From Tubiluchus corallicola (taxonomy: Eukaryota > Animalia > Priapulida): a DNA stretch of 28,949 nucleotides. The position numbers and the translations under genes were made by a program. A model generated the notes under the pieces. The model was not told the origin of the DNA. It did no database searches and saw nothing but the letters and a program-made list of their open reading frames with translations. Below, piece after piece: positions 1 through 13,029 of this stretch; the first letter of the stretch is position 1; every line of letters begins with the position of its first letter. Where the stretch lies: contig JAQGDQ010001695.1 in assembly GCA_030141605.1 (NCBI GenBank), positions 1 through 28,949 of the forward strand, in the 5' to 3' direction.

Positions 1-696
1 CTGACATTGTATAGGTGGAACTTGTTATGTACACACGTCTTTGTTACATTTAAAATTTGACTTATAATTATGCTGCTGCCTTTTACTGACATTCTGGCTT
101 TTTCTCGACTTAATATTGGACCAACAATGTATGTATGCATTTTTAGCTTTTTAGTGTAACGTAGTAATCTGTAGCACTTATTTTCTAGCACTTATTTCAG
201 TAGTTTTGTAGATGTAGTAATTGTAGACTACAGAAAATTTGTATATTTGCAGAATAAACTAACATAGATATGGGAACGTAACTTTGATTTGAGCATATAC
301 ATTACAAGCATCAATCGCTGGAACTGTGAAAAGTTTTATCAGTAAATAATACTACCATGGATTTTTCTGATGTTCACACACGCACACACACACACACAAT
401 AAGAGTCAGAGTTTTTTGTTATTAAATTAGTTTACGCGTCTCGTTTCAATGATCATGTAAATATCTATGAGCTTAATTGCTGTCCGCTAAAGATTATTTT
501 TGGTTGAAAAATAAAAAAAAGTTTTATAAAAAAAGAGGCGCAGTATAATGTAATATTGACGCAACACAATCCAAAGGTTGTCAAGACGTGAGTTCTCAAA
601 ACATTCAAGACATTCTACGTTAGAGCAGTTATATCCACCCATTCCAAAGAGGCAGTCTACTAGCAAAATATCCGGAGCGAATTCCCTCTTTCTTAC

Positions 697-807
697 CTTC
701 TCTCTCGATCTTTGCCTTTCCGATGGGAATGACAAAATCTTTACTGAGCGCAAAGTCCGGCATCTCAAAAGCAGCGCCGTACATGATTTCATTTTCCAGG
801 CAAATTA
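697..807 (-). CDS. PDHB: Pyruvate dehydrogenase E1 beta, exon 7 (gene continues beyond the left edge)
   Basis: 111 nt, phase 1/1, encodes (V)[36 protein letters not shown](G); acceptor ttttttgtag, donor G|gtaaga. Confidence 0.96.
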
Positions 808-1024
808 CTACAAAAAAAAACAAAAAATAAATCCAACATCAAACAAACAACACTAGAGAAAGATTTCAGTGTTTTCTATATTTCTATATTTCTATATACA
901 GATTTTCAGAAGGCATAGGGCACCAAACGTGAACATAGATCGAGTGAAGTTGTCAAACAATCATCATCTAAAGTCAATTAGTATGCCCCTAGAATTTTTC
1001 TAAACTGGTCCCTGTAGCTGGTCA

Positions 1025-1143
1025 TTTGCAGTGTTGTTCACGTTTGATGCAAAGATTTCTCTTATTGCAATGTTGCTCATGTTTGATGCAAAGATTTCTC
1101 ATATTGCACTGTTGTTCACGTTTGATGAAAAGATTTCTCTTAT
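1025..1143. repeat. 39-bp tandem repeat, about 3 copies
   Basis: gtttgatg recurs at 1042, 1081 and 1120. Confidence 0.9.
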
Positions 1144-2043
1144 CACCATGTGTAGGAAACTGGCTACTTGATTTGTAGTTTTTTTTCCACTCATTGTAAA
1201 AAAGGTGAAACTAGAAACAAGAAAAAAGAAAAAAGAAAACGAAACAAAAATAAATCAATAACAGACGTGCAAAAAATAAAAAAAGGAACAAGCATTAGCA
1301 AATTAACAAGCATATTGAAGCAGAATTTACTAATAAATAAACTTCCTGACATATCACAAATCAACATACACGCCTACACAAAAACACGCAACAGTTGTAA
1401 AAATCTATATTTAGGCATCACTGTAACACTATCAGAAACTATTAAGCTGACAAATAATATACTGCAAAGCTTTACATAAAAATGAACAAACATTTGAACT
1501 TACAAACGTTTGAGGATCTGTAGGAAAAACTTTAAGCCTGTCTTCAGAAATCAACAGAGACATACTGATTTTACAACAGTGGCATACTGACCACACAACT
1601 ACTGACCTCACAAGTACTGGCCTCTATACCACTAAAACAGGATTTTTCCCTATTCTAAGGCTATCTAACCTCTCATACAAGAGCGGCCAAGCATGTTAAA
1701 CAAATGCTACAGGTAATGCAAAAATTCATAATGACGCTCTAGAATCAACACCCCTGGCTTCATTGTACCCACGCTAGCCTGAGAGATAACACCATGCACA
1801 GGCATTAGTCACAGAATGAACTGTGTTGGAGTAACATAACTTTACCTTTTCTGTTATTTGGTAACGGTAGAACTTATACTGCACGATGCGTAAGTTTACA
1901 ATTTAGTAATCGTTTTGTTCGGTTTTCACAATGTGGACTTTTGGATCTCAATGATAATTTTTTAAATGCATGTTTTCATTAGGTGGAATTGCATGGCGTG
2001 GCTGAAACAATGCAGATGATTGTGTTGGAACAAATTTGCTTAA

Positions 2044-2562
2044 AGGAAAACCGGATGATTATGTAAACATGAGTTCAGAATAAAGAATGCTCTAAAATAT
2101 TGAAAACTACAATCGCTTATTTAAATCAAAGCTCAGATTAAATAATAATTATCTCAGATACTCAAATTTCGTTAAACTTTCAAAGCTACGCTCAGTGAAT
2201 CTACTAAGATTGGCAGCGGCGTCTTTTTGTCACGTGCGCATGGCCGACAAACAGAAGGTGGTACTGTGGTAACCATGATCATGAACTGCAGTGTTAGTTT
2301 CTGACGTCATATGACGTAGAGCCCATTTTCCTGACACCACGCGTTTAAGCAGTAACAGTTACGCAAACGCTATTGATGCGCAAGAGAAGACACCTGCCAT
2401 TGCGCAAACTGGTTAACTTCTGACATAAGCAATAGCTGTGTTCGGTTGCCGTTAATTAACTTTCTAAGCTAATTATTCAAATATAAGAAACAATTGCTAA
2501 GTTTCATATTTTGAACAGTAAATAAAAATGAGGGTGAGTCTAAACAATCTTCCGGTCTTCCC
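2044..2562. mobile_element. Non-autonomous Kolobok/T2-like MITE
   Basis: TTAA at 2040-2043 and 2563-2566; imperfect TIRs AGGAAAACCGGA / TCCGGTCTTCCC; purine-purine start. Confidence 0.72.
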
Positions 2563-2957
2563 TTAAACGAGAGCAGGCAATAATTTTCATCATCTGATCT
2601 TTTTTGTTACCTGTATTTATATAAAAAATCAACAGCAAAAAGCTAAGCAAAAATATAGTTAAAAAAGAATAGTTAATGAAATCACACAGGTCATTTGGCA
2701 GTGAACATTTAGTCATATGACTACCAACAATATGACTAAATTTTCATAATCATAATTATTACTATCTGAATTAAAATATACCAATACAAATCATCAACAT
2801 AAAGTAAATAACATTATTAATAAAATCTATAAAAATTATTTCAGTACATTCCCAGAGCAAGAAAATCCAATACTTGCATGTCTGGGAACAAATTTCGTCC
2901 GCCATTAATTTGACCCGCAACCGAAAACGGTTTTCACCGAATGACTTTACAAAATGT

Positions 2958-3030
2958 GAGCCAAATGATGGACTCGAACCGCCAACCATTAGCAAGAAAG
3001 CTAGCTACACAAACCGGACAGATGCTGATT
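2958..3030 (-). pseudogene. tRNA-like remnant or tRNA-derived SINE head
   Basis: Minus strand has a B-box/T-loop (GGCGGTTCGAGTCC); no convincing A-box or cloverleaf. Confidence 0.3.
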
Positions 3031-3176
3031 TAGTAAACGATGTAGAAAAGCTATGATTACTGCACTTTATGCGAAGTGAAACTTTACTGAGAGAGCTTAA
3101 TGCAAGGTGCTGCCACCTATTATAAACATGTTCTATCAATAGCAGTTATCAATCTTTAAACCACTGATAACCATAC

Positions 3177-3399
3177 CTGGATTATTGTCTCTTATGGCAG
3201 CTTTTAATAAACCCTTCGCATCCTCGCAGTTCCACGGCGAGACGACCTTGAGACCCGGGCAGTGACTGTACCACGCCCCAAAGCACTGAGAATGCTGAGC
3301 TGCCACGCCCGCCGACGACCCGTTCGGTCCCCGGAAAACTATGGGACACGTGACGAGACCGGCAGACATGTAATGAGTTTTAGCTGCTGAATTAATTAC
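3177..3399 (-). CDS. PDHB: PDHB exon 6
   Basis: 223 nt, [74 protein letters not shown], with the conserved AAQHSQ motif; ttcag| and G|gtatgg. Confidence 0.98.
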
Positions 3400-3807
3400 C
3401 TGAATAAACAGTAAATCAAAAGTTGAGGTGACAAAGGTCACAAGGTTAAAGGTCAACGTTCATAAAGATCACAAGGAAAAAACCAAAAGCTATGTGTTTA
3501 AGGTGATAGAAACTGTTTTGGAGTTTCCATAATCGTAAAAATGTAATTTATCAAACATGCCTCTCGAAGATATTTGAAAGTTTTAAAAATGTCACGACAG
3601 GAAAATTATTTAATTTAAAAAGCAAATTATAATCATTAATGAAGTTCAAATTTTCTTACATGCTTTTAGTCGAACGCATCTTATTGTATTTTATAAGTTA
3701 CTCAGAAGAAAACATTTACAGGCAGAAGTTCTCTTTTAGCAGACGCGGTAACGCTGGTACTAATACACCACAAGCAGTTACAATATTCACTTGAGTTCAC
3801 TCTAATG

Positions 3808-4230
3808 CAGGGGTGTGCAAACTGCAGCCCACGGGCCACTTGCGGCCCGCTGAGAGATCTTGTGCGGCCCGCGAAGAGGTTTGTCAACGTAATGAAAGTG
3901 CGGCCCACACGATCCAGCTAAAGTCTGCACCAATATCGCAAAGATAGTGCGGGTAATTTTTTCCTCTAGATCGCATGGCATTAACCATTGTCACTTAATG
4001 TCACTGTCGGACATGACGAAATATATGGTTTTTAATATAAATTTTAATAACTTCTAAAACAGTTTCTTGAGTGTAATAGTGCAGTAGTAATGATGTGCGC
4101 AAATCGGATGCAAAACAAATCGTCATTAGGTCCTACTGTTCTTGGCTCCTTGACCAAACTGCATGTGGCCCACAGGAATTGCGGGAACGTTTAATGTGGC
4201 CCGGCTAGTCAGATAATTTGCACACCTCTG
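3808..4230. mobile_element. Non-autonomous hAT (Charlie-like) MITE, 423 bp
   Basis: TIRs CAGGGGTGTGCAAA / TTTGCACACCTCTG; perfect 8-bp TSD CTCTAATG (3800-3807, 4231-4238); repeated GCGGCCC/GTGGCCC subterminal motifs. Confidence 0.93.
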
Positions 4231-4385
4231 CTCTAATGCAACAGAGTAGCAACAACCATTTTGTTAAGACACCACAAGAACTTACAGAGCTTAGTTTTAA
4301 ATACGGAAACAAGAAATTGTGCTTAAACTTGAAAGGACGGCAATTTTTCTTGCATTTGAATAATAAAATGTTGCAAAAATTTCTA

Positions 4386-4550
<165 letters not shown>

Positions 4551-5038
4551 CTAAAACATGACAGGGCAAACCAAAATAATGAACTGATTAACGACATACC
4601 TTCATATATAAACTAAACGAAACATCTAGAGAGTTTTGAAAACACCAAGCAGCAGGAACCATTTGATACACAAATGTCGTATTTTATTTTGTGTTGTCAG
4701 ATTTTTATTTCAGTTCTTGTTTCAGTTCTTATTTCAGTTCAGTTTTATTTCAGTTATTTTCAGTTTGATTTTTTTATTATGCACTTATTATTACTGTGTA
4801 TGAATTGTACTAACACGTTATAAGCATATCAATTTAATGTCATTCGTAACAATTAAATCTTTATTATAAGCAGTACTAACACTAATACACTGTAGCATAG
4901 CGCCTAGTAAAAATGTTCATCACTAACCAAAGGGCAGCTGACTAGATGACCAATTGGTCTTTCGCTGCCCTTTCTTCACATTTTTGTTTCCAAATTAATT
5001 GTATTATAACTGTGCGTGTGTTAAAAGATAAATAAAAG

Positions 5039-5083
<45 letters not shown>
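5039..5083. repeat. (ATT)n microsatellite
   Basis: About 15 consecutive ATT units. Confidence 0.97.
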
Positions 5084-5819
5084 TTGGGTCTTAAGAGCAC
5101 AGTTTATTTTCTTGTAATTTTATATGATTTCACTTTAAGCTAAGGCAAATAAGTTTCTTACTAATAAAACTTGGCTCATCTTTGAATAAACTTATAAAGT
5201 GAATGCTGGACGCGCATCACGTATTTTCTATAATGCCTGATTACGATCCATTATTATTCATCAATGCCAACGAATGAACTTCAGTTTGTCAATCGAAGCG
5301 TAGAAAGCTGCAGGATTTTGCTATTAAATTCAAAACGTTTAAACTGTTTTTATTTTTCTTTTGTAAATCCAATACCAAGAACTGAAAACTGGTTGCTCTG
5401 CGGACGAACTAAAACTAACCATATTATGTATGCAGATGATTTACCTTTACTGGTTCTTTTCATAACAAGACAACGATTACTTTTAAAGAAATGCGAAATC
5501 TATAGATCGAAGCTAACATTGTTTTTAATTTCTACAAGGATCCCTGCAAACACGAACGTCTGCACTATCAGCAGCTTGCAACATGGTCGCAGTTCTTGTT
5601 AATGTTAGGCACTTTGCCTCCCAGTTAATCATCTAACATTTTCCATTAAATATGTTGACACAATTCTGCATAAGGCACAAAACAAAATTTGTACGCAGTA
5701 AGACTCTCTCTTGTACAATTTTACTTCAAAATATTTGCTTGTATGTAAACAGACTCTTGTCTACATTATCCTTCATGCGCGTGATTCTTATAGCAGAAAA
5801 CATGTGAAAGGTTACATAT

Positions 5820-7875
5820 TGCATACCTCTGTGATGGGCGTATCCCGTACCCGTACAGGTACAGGTGCAGGAAGTACAGGTGCATACCTCTGTGATGGGC
5901 GTATCCCGTACCCGTACAGGTACAGGTGCATACCTCTCTGATGGGAGTATCCCGTACCCATACAGGTACAGGTGTAGAAAGTACAGGCGCATACCTCTGT
6001 GATGGGAGTATCCCGTACCCGTACAGGTACAGGTGTAGAAAGTACAGGTGCATACCTCTGTGATGGGCGTATCCCGTACCCGTACAGGTACAGGTGCATA
6101 CCTCTCTGATGGGAGTATCCCGTACCCATACAGGTACAGGTGTAGAAAGTACAGGCGCATACCTCTGTGATGGGAGTATCCCGTACCCGTACAGGTACAG
6201 GTGTAGAAAGTACAGGTGCATACCTCTGTGATGGGCGTATCCCGTACCCGTACAGGTACAGGTGCATACCTCTGTGATGGGCGTATCCCGTACCCCTACA
6301 GGTACAGGTGTAGAAAGTACAGGTGCATACCTCTGTGATGGGAGTATCCCGTACCTGTACAGGTACAGGTGTAGAAAGTACAGGTGCATACCTCTGTGAT
6401 GGGAGTATCCCGTACCCGTACAGGTACAGGTGTAGGAAGTACAGGTGCATACCTCTCTGATGGGAGTATCCCGTACCCGTACAGGTACAGGTGCAGGAAG
6501 TACAGGTGCATACCTCTCTGATGGGAGTATCCCGTACCCGTACAGGTACAGGTGCAGGAAGTACAGGTGCATACCTCTCTGATGGGAGTATCCCGTACCC
6601 GTACAGGTACAGGTGCAGGAAGTACAGGTGCATACCTCTCTGATGGGAGTATCCCGTACCCGTACAGGTACAGGTGTAGAAAGTACAGGTGCATACCTCT
6701 CTGATGGGTGTATCCCGTACCCGTACAGGTACAGGTGCATACCTCTCTGATGGGCGTATCCCGTACCCGTACAGGTACAGGTGCAGGAAGTACAGGTGCA
6801 TACCTCTGTGATGGGCGTATCCCATACCCCTACAGGTACAGGTGTAGAAAGTACAGGTACATACCTCTGTGATGGGCGTATCCCGGACCCGTACAGGTAC
6901 AGGTGCAGGAAGTACAGGTGCATACCTCTGTGATGGGCGTATCCCGTACCCGTACAGGTACAGGTACAGGTGCATACCTCTCTGATGGGCGTATCCCGTA
7001 CCCGTACAGGTACAGGTGTAGAAAGTACAGGCGCATACCTCTATGATGGGAGTATCCCGTACCTGTACAGGTACAGGTGTAGAAAGTACAGGTGCATACC
7101 TCTCTGATGGGCGTATCCCGCACCCGTACAGGTGTAGAAAGTACAGGTGCATACCTCTGTGATGGGTGTATCCCGTACCCGTACAGGTACAGGTGTAGAA
7201 AGTACAGGTGCATACCTCTCTGATGGGCGTATCCCGCACCCGTACAGGTGTAGAAAGTACAGGTGCATACCTCTGTGATGGGCGTATCCCGTACCCGTAC
7301 AGGTACAGGTGTAGAAAGTACAGGTGCATACCTCTGTAATGGGCGTATCCCGTACCCGTACAGGTGCATACCTCTGTGATGGGCGTATCCCGCACCCGTA
7401 CAGGTACAGGTGTAGAAAGTACAGGTGCATACCTCTCTGATGGGCGTATCCCGCACCCGTACAGGTGTAGAAAGTACAGGTGCATACCTCTGTGATGGGC
7501 GTATCCCGTACCCGTACAGGTACAGGTGTAGAAAGTACAGGTGCATACCTCTGTGATGGGCGTATCCCGTACCCGTACAGGTACAGGTGTAGAAAGTACA
7601 GGTACATACCTCTGTGATGGGCGTATCCCGTACCTCTGTGATGGGCGTATCCCGTACCCGTACAGGTACAGCTGCATACCTCTGTGATGGGCGTATCCTG
7701 TACCCGTACAGGTACAGGTGCATACCTCTGTGATGGGCGTATCCCGTACCCGTACAGGTACAGGTGTAGAAAGTACAGGTACATACCTCTGTGATGGGCA
7801 TATCCCGTACCCGTACAGGTACAGGTGTAGAAAGTACAGGTGCATACCTCTGTGATGGGCGTATCCCGGACCCGT
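5820..7875. repeat. Minisatellite with a 61-bp main unit (variants 55, 52, 46, 40, 24 bp), about 37 units, made from the PDHB exon 4 3' end plus splice donor
   Basis: Minus-strand unit CGGGTACGGGATACGCCCATCACAGAG|GTATGCACCTGTACTTTCTACACCTGTACCTGTA; the rightmost unit overlaps exon 4. Confidence 0.97.
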
Positions 7876-7910
7876 TTGTCTCCATATTTTTTCCAAAGCC
7901 CTCTACTGAC
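7848..7910 (-). CDS. PDHB: PDHB exon 4
   Basis: 63 nt, VSRGLWKKYGDKRVRDTPITE; tttttcag| and GAG|gtatgc; joins exons 3 and 5 in phase 0. Confidence 0.96.
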
Positions 7911-8586
7911 CTGAAAAATCAATTCTTGTACAGTAACTCCCCGCTCAGCGACTCTTCGCTTAGCGCTGCTTCGTTTTGATGACGCTGAACGTTTGACACC
8001 TTTTCTTTACTTAACGACACAGGTTTCATTTCAAAGACAATTTTTTTACTTTGCTTCAAGTCATTTTTATTCGATCACCAAATTTTTTATTATATTTAAA
8101 GCATTAAAACATTACACACTGTGCGATTCTATTCTAAAAACGCACTAGTAATGTAAAATAGTGCAATTATAACATGTTTTTGCTTCTCAACTGACTACCA
8201 ATTGCTAGACGTTTGTATCAAGCGAGATCTATTTGCAATTTATACTCCTCCGGGCAGTTGAGTGTAAACTTTATATGAAGGAATTTCTTCCCAGCCAGTT
8301 CCTATAGCAACCAGACTGAGTATCTAGATGAAATAGTCTCAAGGTTCCTGTGTTTAATGGCTATGTACACAACTTAGCTTCAACATTTACGAAAAAGAAA
8401 AAAACCTACGCATCAGTAAGAAAGATCGGCAGTTTCAAGCTAATAATAAAATAATTTGTCTGTATCTCATTACTCACTAGTGCTGCCTGTGAACATTTTA
8501 ACTATTAAACACATTAAAAGGAGGGCTTACTTGATGACCTTTTCGTCGCCTCGTTATCCTCCCTCCTTTTCACTTATTATAACACG

Positions 8587-11500
8587 TCAAATGTAGACAC
8601 AGGAAAGTTCAAATGTGACTTAGGTAAGTCAAATGTAGACATAGGAAAGTTCAAATGTGACTTAGGTAAGTCAAATGTAGACATAGGAATTTCAAATGTG
8701 TTTTGGTAACTCAAATGTGACTTAGGTAAGTCAAATGTAGACATAGGAATTTCGAAAGTGTTTTGGTAACTCAAATGTGACTTAGGTAAGTCAGATGTAG
8801 ACATAGGAATTTCGAGTGTGTTTTGGTAACTCAAATGTGACTTAGGTAACTCAAATGTGACTTAGGTAAGTCAGATGTAGACATAGGAATTTCGAAAGTG
8901 TTTTGGTAACTCAAATGTGACTTAGGTAAGTCAAATGTGGACATAGGAATTTCGAATGTGTTTTGGTAACTCAAATGTGACTTAGGTAAGTCAGATGTAG
9001 ACATAGGAATTTCGAATGTGTTTTGGTAACTCAAATGTGACTTTGGTAAGTCAAATGTAGACATAGGAATTTCGAGTGTGTTTTGGTAACTCAAATGTGA
9101 CTTTGGTAAGTCAAATGTAGACATAGGAATTTTGAAAGTGTTTTGGTAACTCAAATGTGACTTAGGTAAGTCAGATGTAGACATAGGAATTTCGAATGTG
9201 TTTTGGTAACTCAAATGTGACTTTGGTAAGTCAAATGTAGACATAGGAATTTCGAATGTGTTTTGGTAACTCAAATGTGACTTAGGTAAGTCAGAAGTAG
9301 ACATAGGAATTTCAAATGTGTTTTGGTAACTCAAATGTGACTTTGGTAAGTCAAATGTAGACATAGGAATTTTGAAAGTGTTTTGGTAACTCAAATGTGA
9401 CTTAGGTAAGTCAGATGTAGACATAGGAATTTCGAATGTGTTTTGGTAACTCAAATGTGACTTAGGTAAGTCAAATGTAGACATAGGAATTTCGAATGTG
9501 TTTTGGTAACTCAAATGTGACTTAGGTAAGTCAAATGTAGACATAGGAATTTCGAGTGTGTTTTGGTAACTCAAATGTGACTTTGGTAAGTCAAATGTAG
9601 ACATAGGAATTTTGAAAGTGTTTTGGTAACTCAAATGTGACTTAGGTAAGTCAAATGTAGACATAGGAATTTCGAATGTGTTTTGGTAACTCAAATGTGA
9701 CTTAGGTAAGTCAAATGTAGACATAGGAATTTCAAATGTGTTTTGGTAACTCAAATGTGACTTAGGTAAGTCAAATGTAGACATAGGAATTTCGAATGTG
9801 TTTTGGTAACTCAAATGTGACTTAGGTAAGTCAAATGTAGACATAGGAATTTCAAATGTGTTTTGGTAACTCAAATGTGACTTAGGTAAGTCAAATGTAG
9901 ACATAGGAATTTCGAATGTGTTTTGGTAACTCAAATGTGACTTTGGTAAGTCAAATGTAGACATAGGAATTTCGAGTGTGTTTTGGTAACTCAAATGTGA
10001 CTTAGGTAAGTCAAATGTGGACATAGGAATTTCGAATGTGTTTTGGTAACTCAAATGTGACTTAGGTAAGTCAAATGTAGACATAGGAATTTCGAATGTG
10101 TTTTGGTAACTCAAATGTGACTTAGGTAAGTCAAATGTAGACATAGGAATTTCGAATGTGTTTTGGTAACTCAAATGTGACTTAGGTAAGTCAAATGTAG
10201 ACATAGGAATTTCGAATGTGTTTTGGTAACTCAAATGTGACTTAGGTAAGTCAAATGTAGACATAGGAATTTCGAATGTGTTTTGGTAACTCAAATGTGA
10301 CTTAGGTAAGTCAAATGTAGACATAGGAATTTCGAATGTGTTTTGGTAACTCAAATGTGACTTAGGTAAGTCAAATGTAGACATAAGAATTTCGAATGTG
10401 TTTTGGTAACTCAAATGTGACTTAGGTAAGTCAAATGTAGACATAGGAATTTCGAATGTGTTTTGGTAACTCAAATGTGACTTAGGTAAGTCAAATGTAG
10501 ACATAGGAATTTCGAATGTGTTTTGGTAACTCAAATGTGACTTGGGTAAGTCAAATGTAGACATAGGAATTTCGAATGTGTTTTGGTAACTCTAATGTGA
10601 CTTAGGTAAGTCAAATGTAGACATAGGAATTTCGAATGTGTTTTGGTAACTCTAATGTGACTTGGGTAAGTCAAATGTAGACATAGGAATTTCGAATGTG
10701 TTTTGGTAACTCTAATGTGACTTAGGTAAGTCAAATGTAGACATAGGAATTTCGAATGTGTTTTGGTAACTCAAATGTGACTTAGGTAAGTCAGATGTAG
10801 ACATAGGAATTTCGAATGTGTTTTGGTAACTCAAATGTGACTTTGGTAAGTCAAATGTAGACATAGGAATTTCGAGTGTGTTTTGGTAATTCAAATGTGA
10901 CTTTGGTAAGTCAAATGTAGACATAGGAATTTCGAATGTGTTTTGGTAACTCAAATGTGACTTGGTAAATCGAAGATGTAGACATAGGAATTGAATGTGT
11001 TTTGGTAACTCAAATGTGACTTTGGTAAGTCAAATGTAGACATAGGAATTTCGAATGTGTTTTGGTAACTCAAATGTGACTTAGGTAAGTCAAATGTAGA
11101 CATAGGAATTTCGAAAGTGTTTTGGTAACTCAAATGTGACTTAGGTAAGTCAGATGTAGACATAGGAATTTCGAATGTGTTTTGGTAACTCAAATGTGAC
11201 TTAGGTAAGTCAGATGTAGACATAGGAATTTCGAATGTGTTTTGGTAACTCAAATGTGACTTTGGTAAGTCAAATGTAGACATAGGAATTTCGAGTGTGT
11301 TTTGGTAATTCAAATGTGACTTTGGTAAGTCAAATGTAGACATAGGAATTTTGAAAGTGTTTTGGTAACTCAAATGTGACTTAGGTAAATCAGATGTAGA
11401 CATAGGAATTTCGAATGTGTTTTGGTAACTCAAATGTGACTTTGGTAAGTCAAATGTAGACATAGGAATTTCGAATGTGTTTTGGTAACTCAAATGTGAC

Positions 11501-11818
11501 TTAGGTAAGTCAGAAGTAGACATAGGAATTTCGAGTGTGTTTTGGTAACTCAAATGTGACTTTGGTAAGTCAAATGTAGACATAGGAATTTCGAATGTGA
11601 TTTGGTAACTCAAATGTGACTTAGGTAAGTCAGATGTAGACATAGGAATTTCGAGTGTGTTTTGGTAACTCAAATGTGACTTTGGTAAGTCAAATGTAGA
11701 CATAGGAATTTCGAATGTGTTTTGGTAACTCAAATGTGACTTAGGTAAGTCAAATGTAGACATAGGAATTTCGAATGTGTTTTGGTAACTCAAATGTGAC
11801 TTAGGTAAGTCAAATGTA
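8587..11818. repeat. 60-bp tandem array (three ~20-bp submonomers), about 53 units
   Basis: Unit acataggaatttcgaatgtgttttggtaactcaaatgtgacttaggtaagtcaaatgtag stays in register with the 60-base lines. Confidence 0.99.
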
Positions 11819-12169
11819 AATGCGGTACTTTGAATGAATCGGTAATTAACTCATTTAAGTGCAAATTACAAAAAGATAAAACCAAATTAAAATTATATTG
11901 TATGGTCATGGTGATATCGGCAGCATTAGTAATGCATTAGCACTGCATTAATGAATTAGTTTTTCTCAAGAAACATTGTTTATTTTAAGAATGTATTGTT
12001 ATATCTAACAGTTCCAATGGTATGTAAAGTTTACAGAATATTAGTGAACTATTAGTAGACCTATAAAGTTATTATTTTCACATTCTGAAGAGCAATTATT
12101 AAGTTAAGATCAAAAGAAGATTAAATTTTACTTGCTTAAACTTTACCACCTATCCACATTTGAGATACC

Positions 12170-12500
12170 AATGTCACATTTGACTTGACATGTGTCTACA
12201 TTTGACTCACCAAAAACGCTTAAGATTTCTTGAAAACCATTGTTAACACATTTGAACTACCTAACTCTACATTTGAGTTACCAAGACACATTAGAATTAC
12301 CTAAATCTACATTTGAGTTACCAAGACACATTTGAATTACCTAAGTCTACATTTGAGTTACCAAGACACATTTGAATTACCTAAATCTACATTTGAGTTA
12401 CCAAGACACATTTGAATTACCTAAATCTACATTTGAGTTACCAAGACACATTTGAATTACCTAAATCTACATTTGAGTTAACGCAGGTCTACATTTGACG
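12170..12500. repeat. 40-bp tandem array, inverted relative of the 60-bp array
   Basis: Unit tttgaattacctaaatctacatttgagttaccaagacaca, about 6 clean copies plus degenerate ones. Confidence 0.95.
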
Positions 12501-12774
12501 TGTAAAACCTATACTAGCAATAAGGCCCTATTTACCTGTATACTCTTCAACTACGGCGCCCTTACAGAATGGAAGTGGTTAGTGTAAATTTGTAAACTGT
12601 AGAAAAATAAATAAATTTCAATATACTGGATTCGAACAGATGGCGAATTAATTTGTTTCAAAAAATATCAGGAAATATAAATTATAATTGATTTTGCATA
12701 ACTAATTAATTAAATTGGGATCGGGTAGCAAATTCAAACAGTCGTAAGTTGACGAGTAGCAATCGTTTTCCTAC

Positions 12775-12882
12775 CTTATAGGCTCCATCGTACTGAGCTA
12801 CTTCTTCTCCTAGAAGAAACACGTTCTCATCCCTCTCCAACTCTTCATCCATTGCAGCGTTGAGAGCATCTCTCACCGTCAT
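12775..12882 (-). CDS. PDHB: PDHB exon 3
   Basis: 108 nt, [36 protein letters not shown]; ttgtttag| and AAG|gtagga. Confidence 0.98.
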
Positions 12883-13029
12883 CTAAACAACAACAAACGT
12901 GACAGTGTCTTTTACGACCGCCAGTTATGGTAAGAAACTGACCCATTCATTGCTTGGCTGGTCGGTAAGATGTATACGTGTAACAATGTGAACCAAGCAT
13001 TACAAGTTTGCGTCAGGTGTTACTCCAGG

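Larger units (their letters stand above)
8583..12502. mobile_element. Foldback-type non-autonomous DNA transposon (CAC...GTG termini, CMC/Chapaev-like) with expanded repeat arms
   Basis: Terminal IR CACGTCAAATGTAGAC / GTCTACATTTGACGTG; TAA on both flanks (8580-8582, 12503-12505); arms are inverted arrays of a related 20-bp monomer. Confidence 0.75.

Noticed and set aside
1600-1850. Possible decayed non-LTR reverse transcriptase fragment on the minus strand (FLHYL..AF, WPLLYERL)
   Set aside because: Needs frameshifts and is too degenerate to support by eye; a translated search would be required.
2958-3030. Functional tRNA gene
   Set aside because: Only a B-box/T-arm-like segment; acceptor stem and D-arm cannot be formed.
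5726-7922. Long Cys/Tyr-rich ORFs (694, 385, 351, 293 aa)
   Set aside because: Translations of a nearly stop-free minisatellite in all three frames; only 7848-7910 is a real exon.
8577-11793. ORFs of repeated MSTFDLPKSHLSYQNTFEIP
   Set aside because: A 60-bp unit is trivially in frame; it lies in a PDHB intron inside an inverted-repeat element and is broken by frameshifts and stops.
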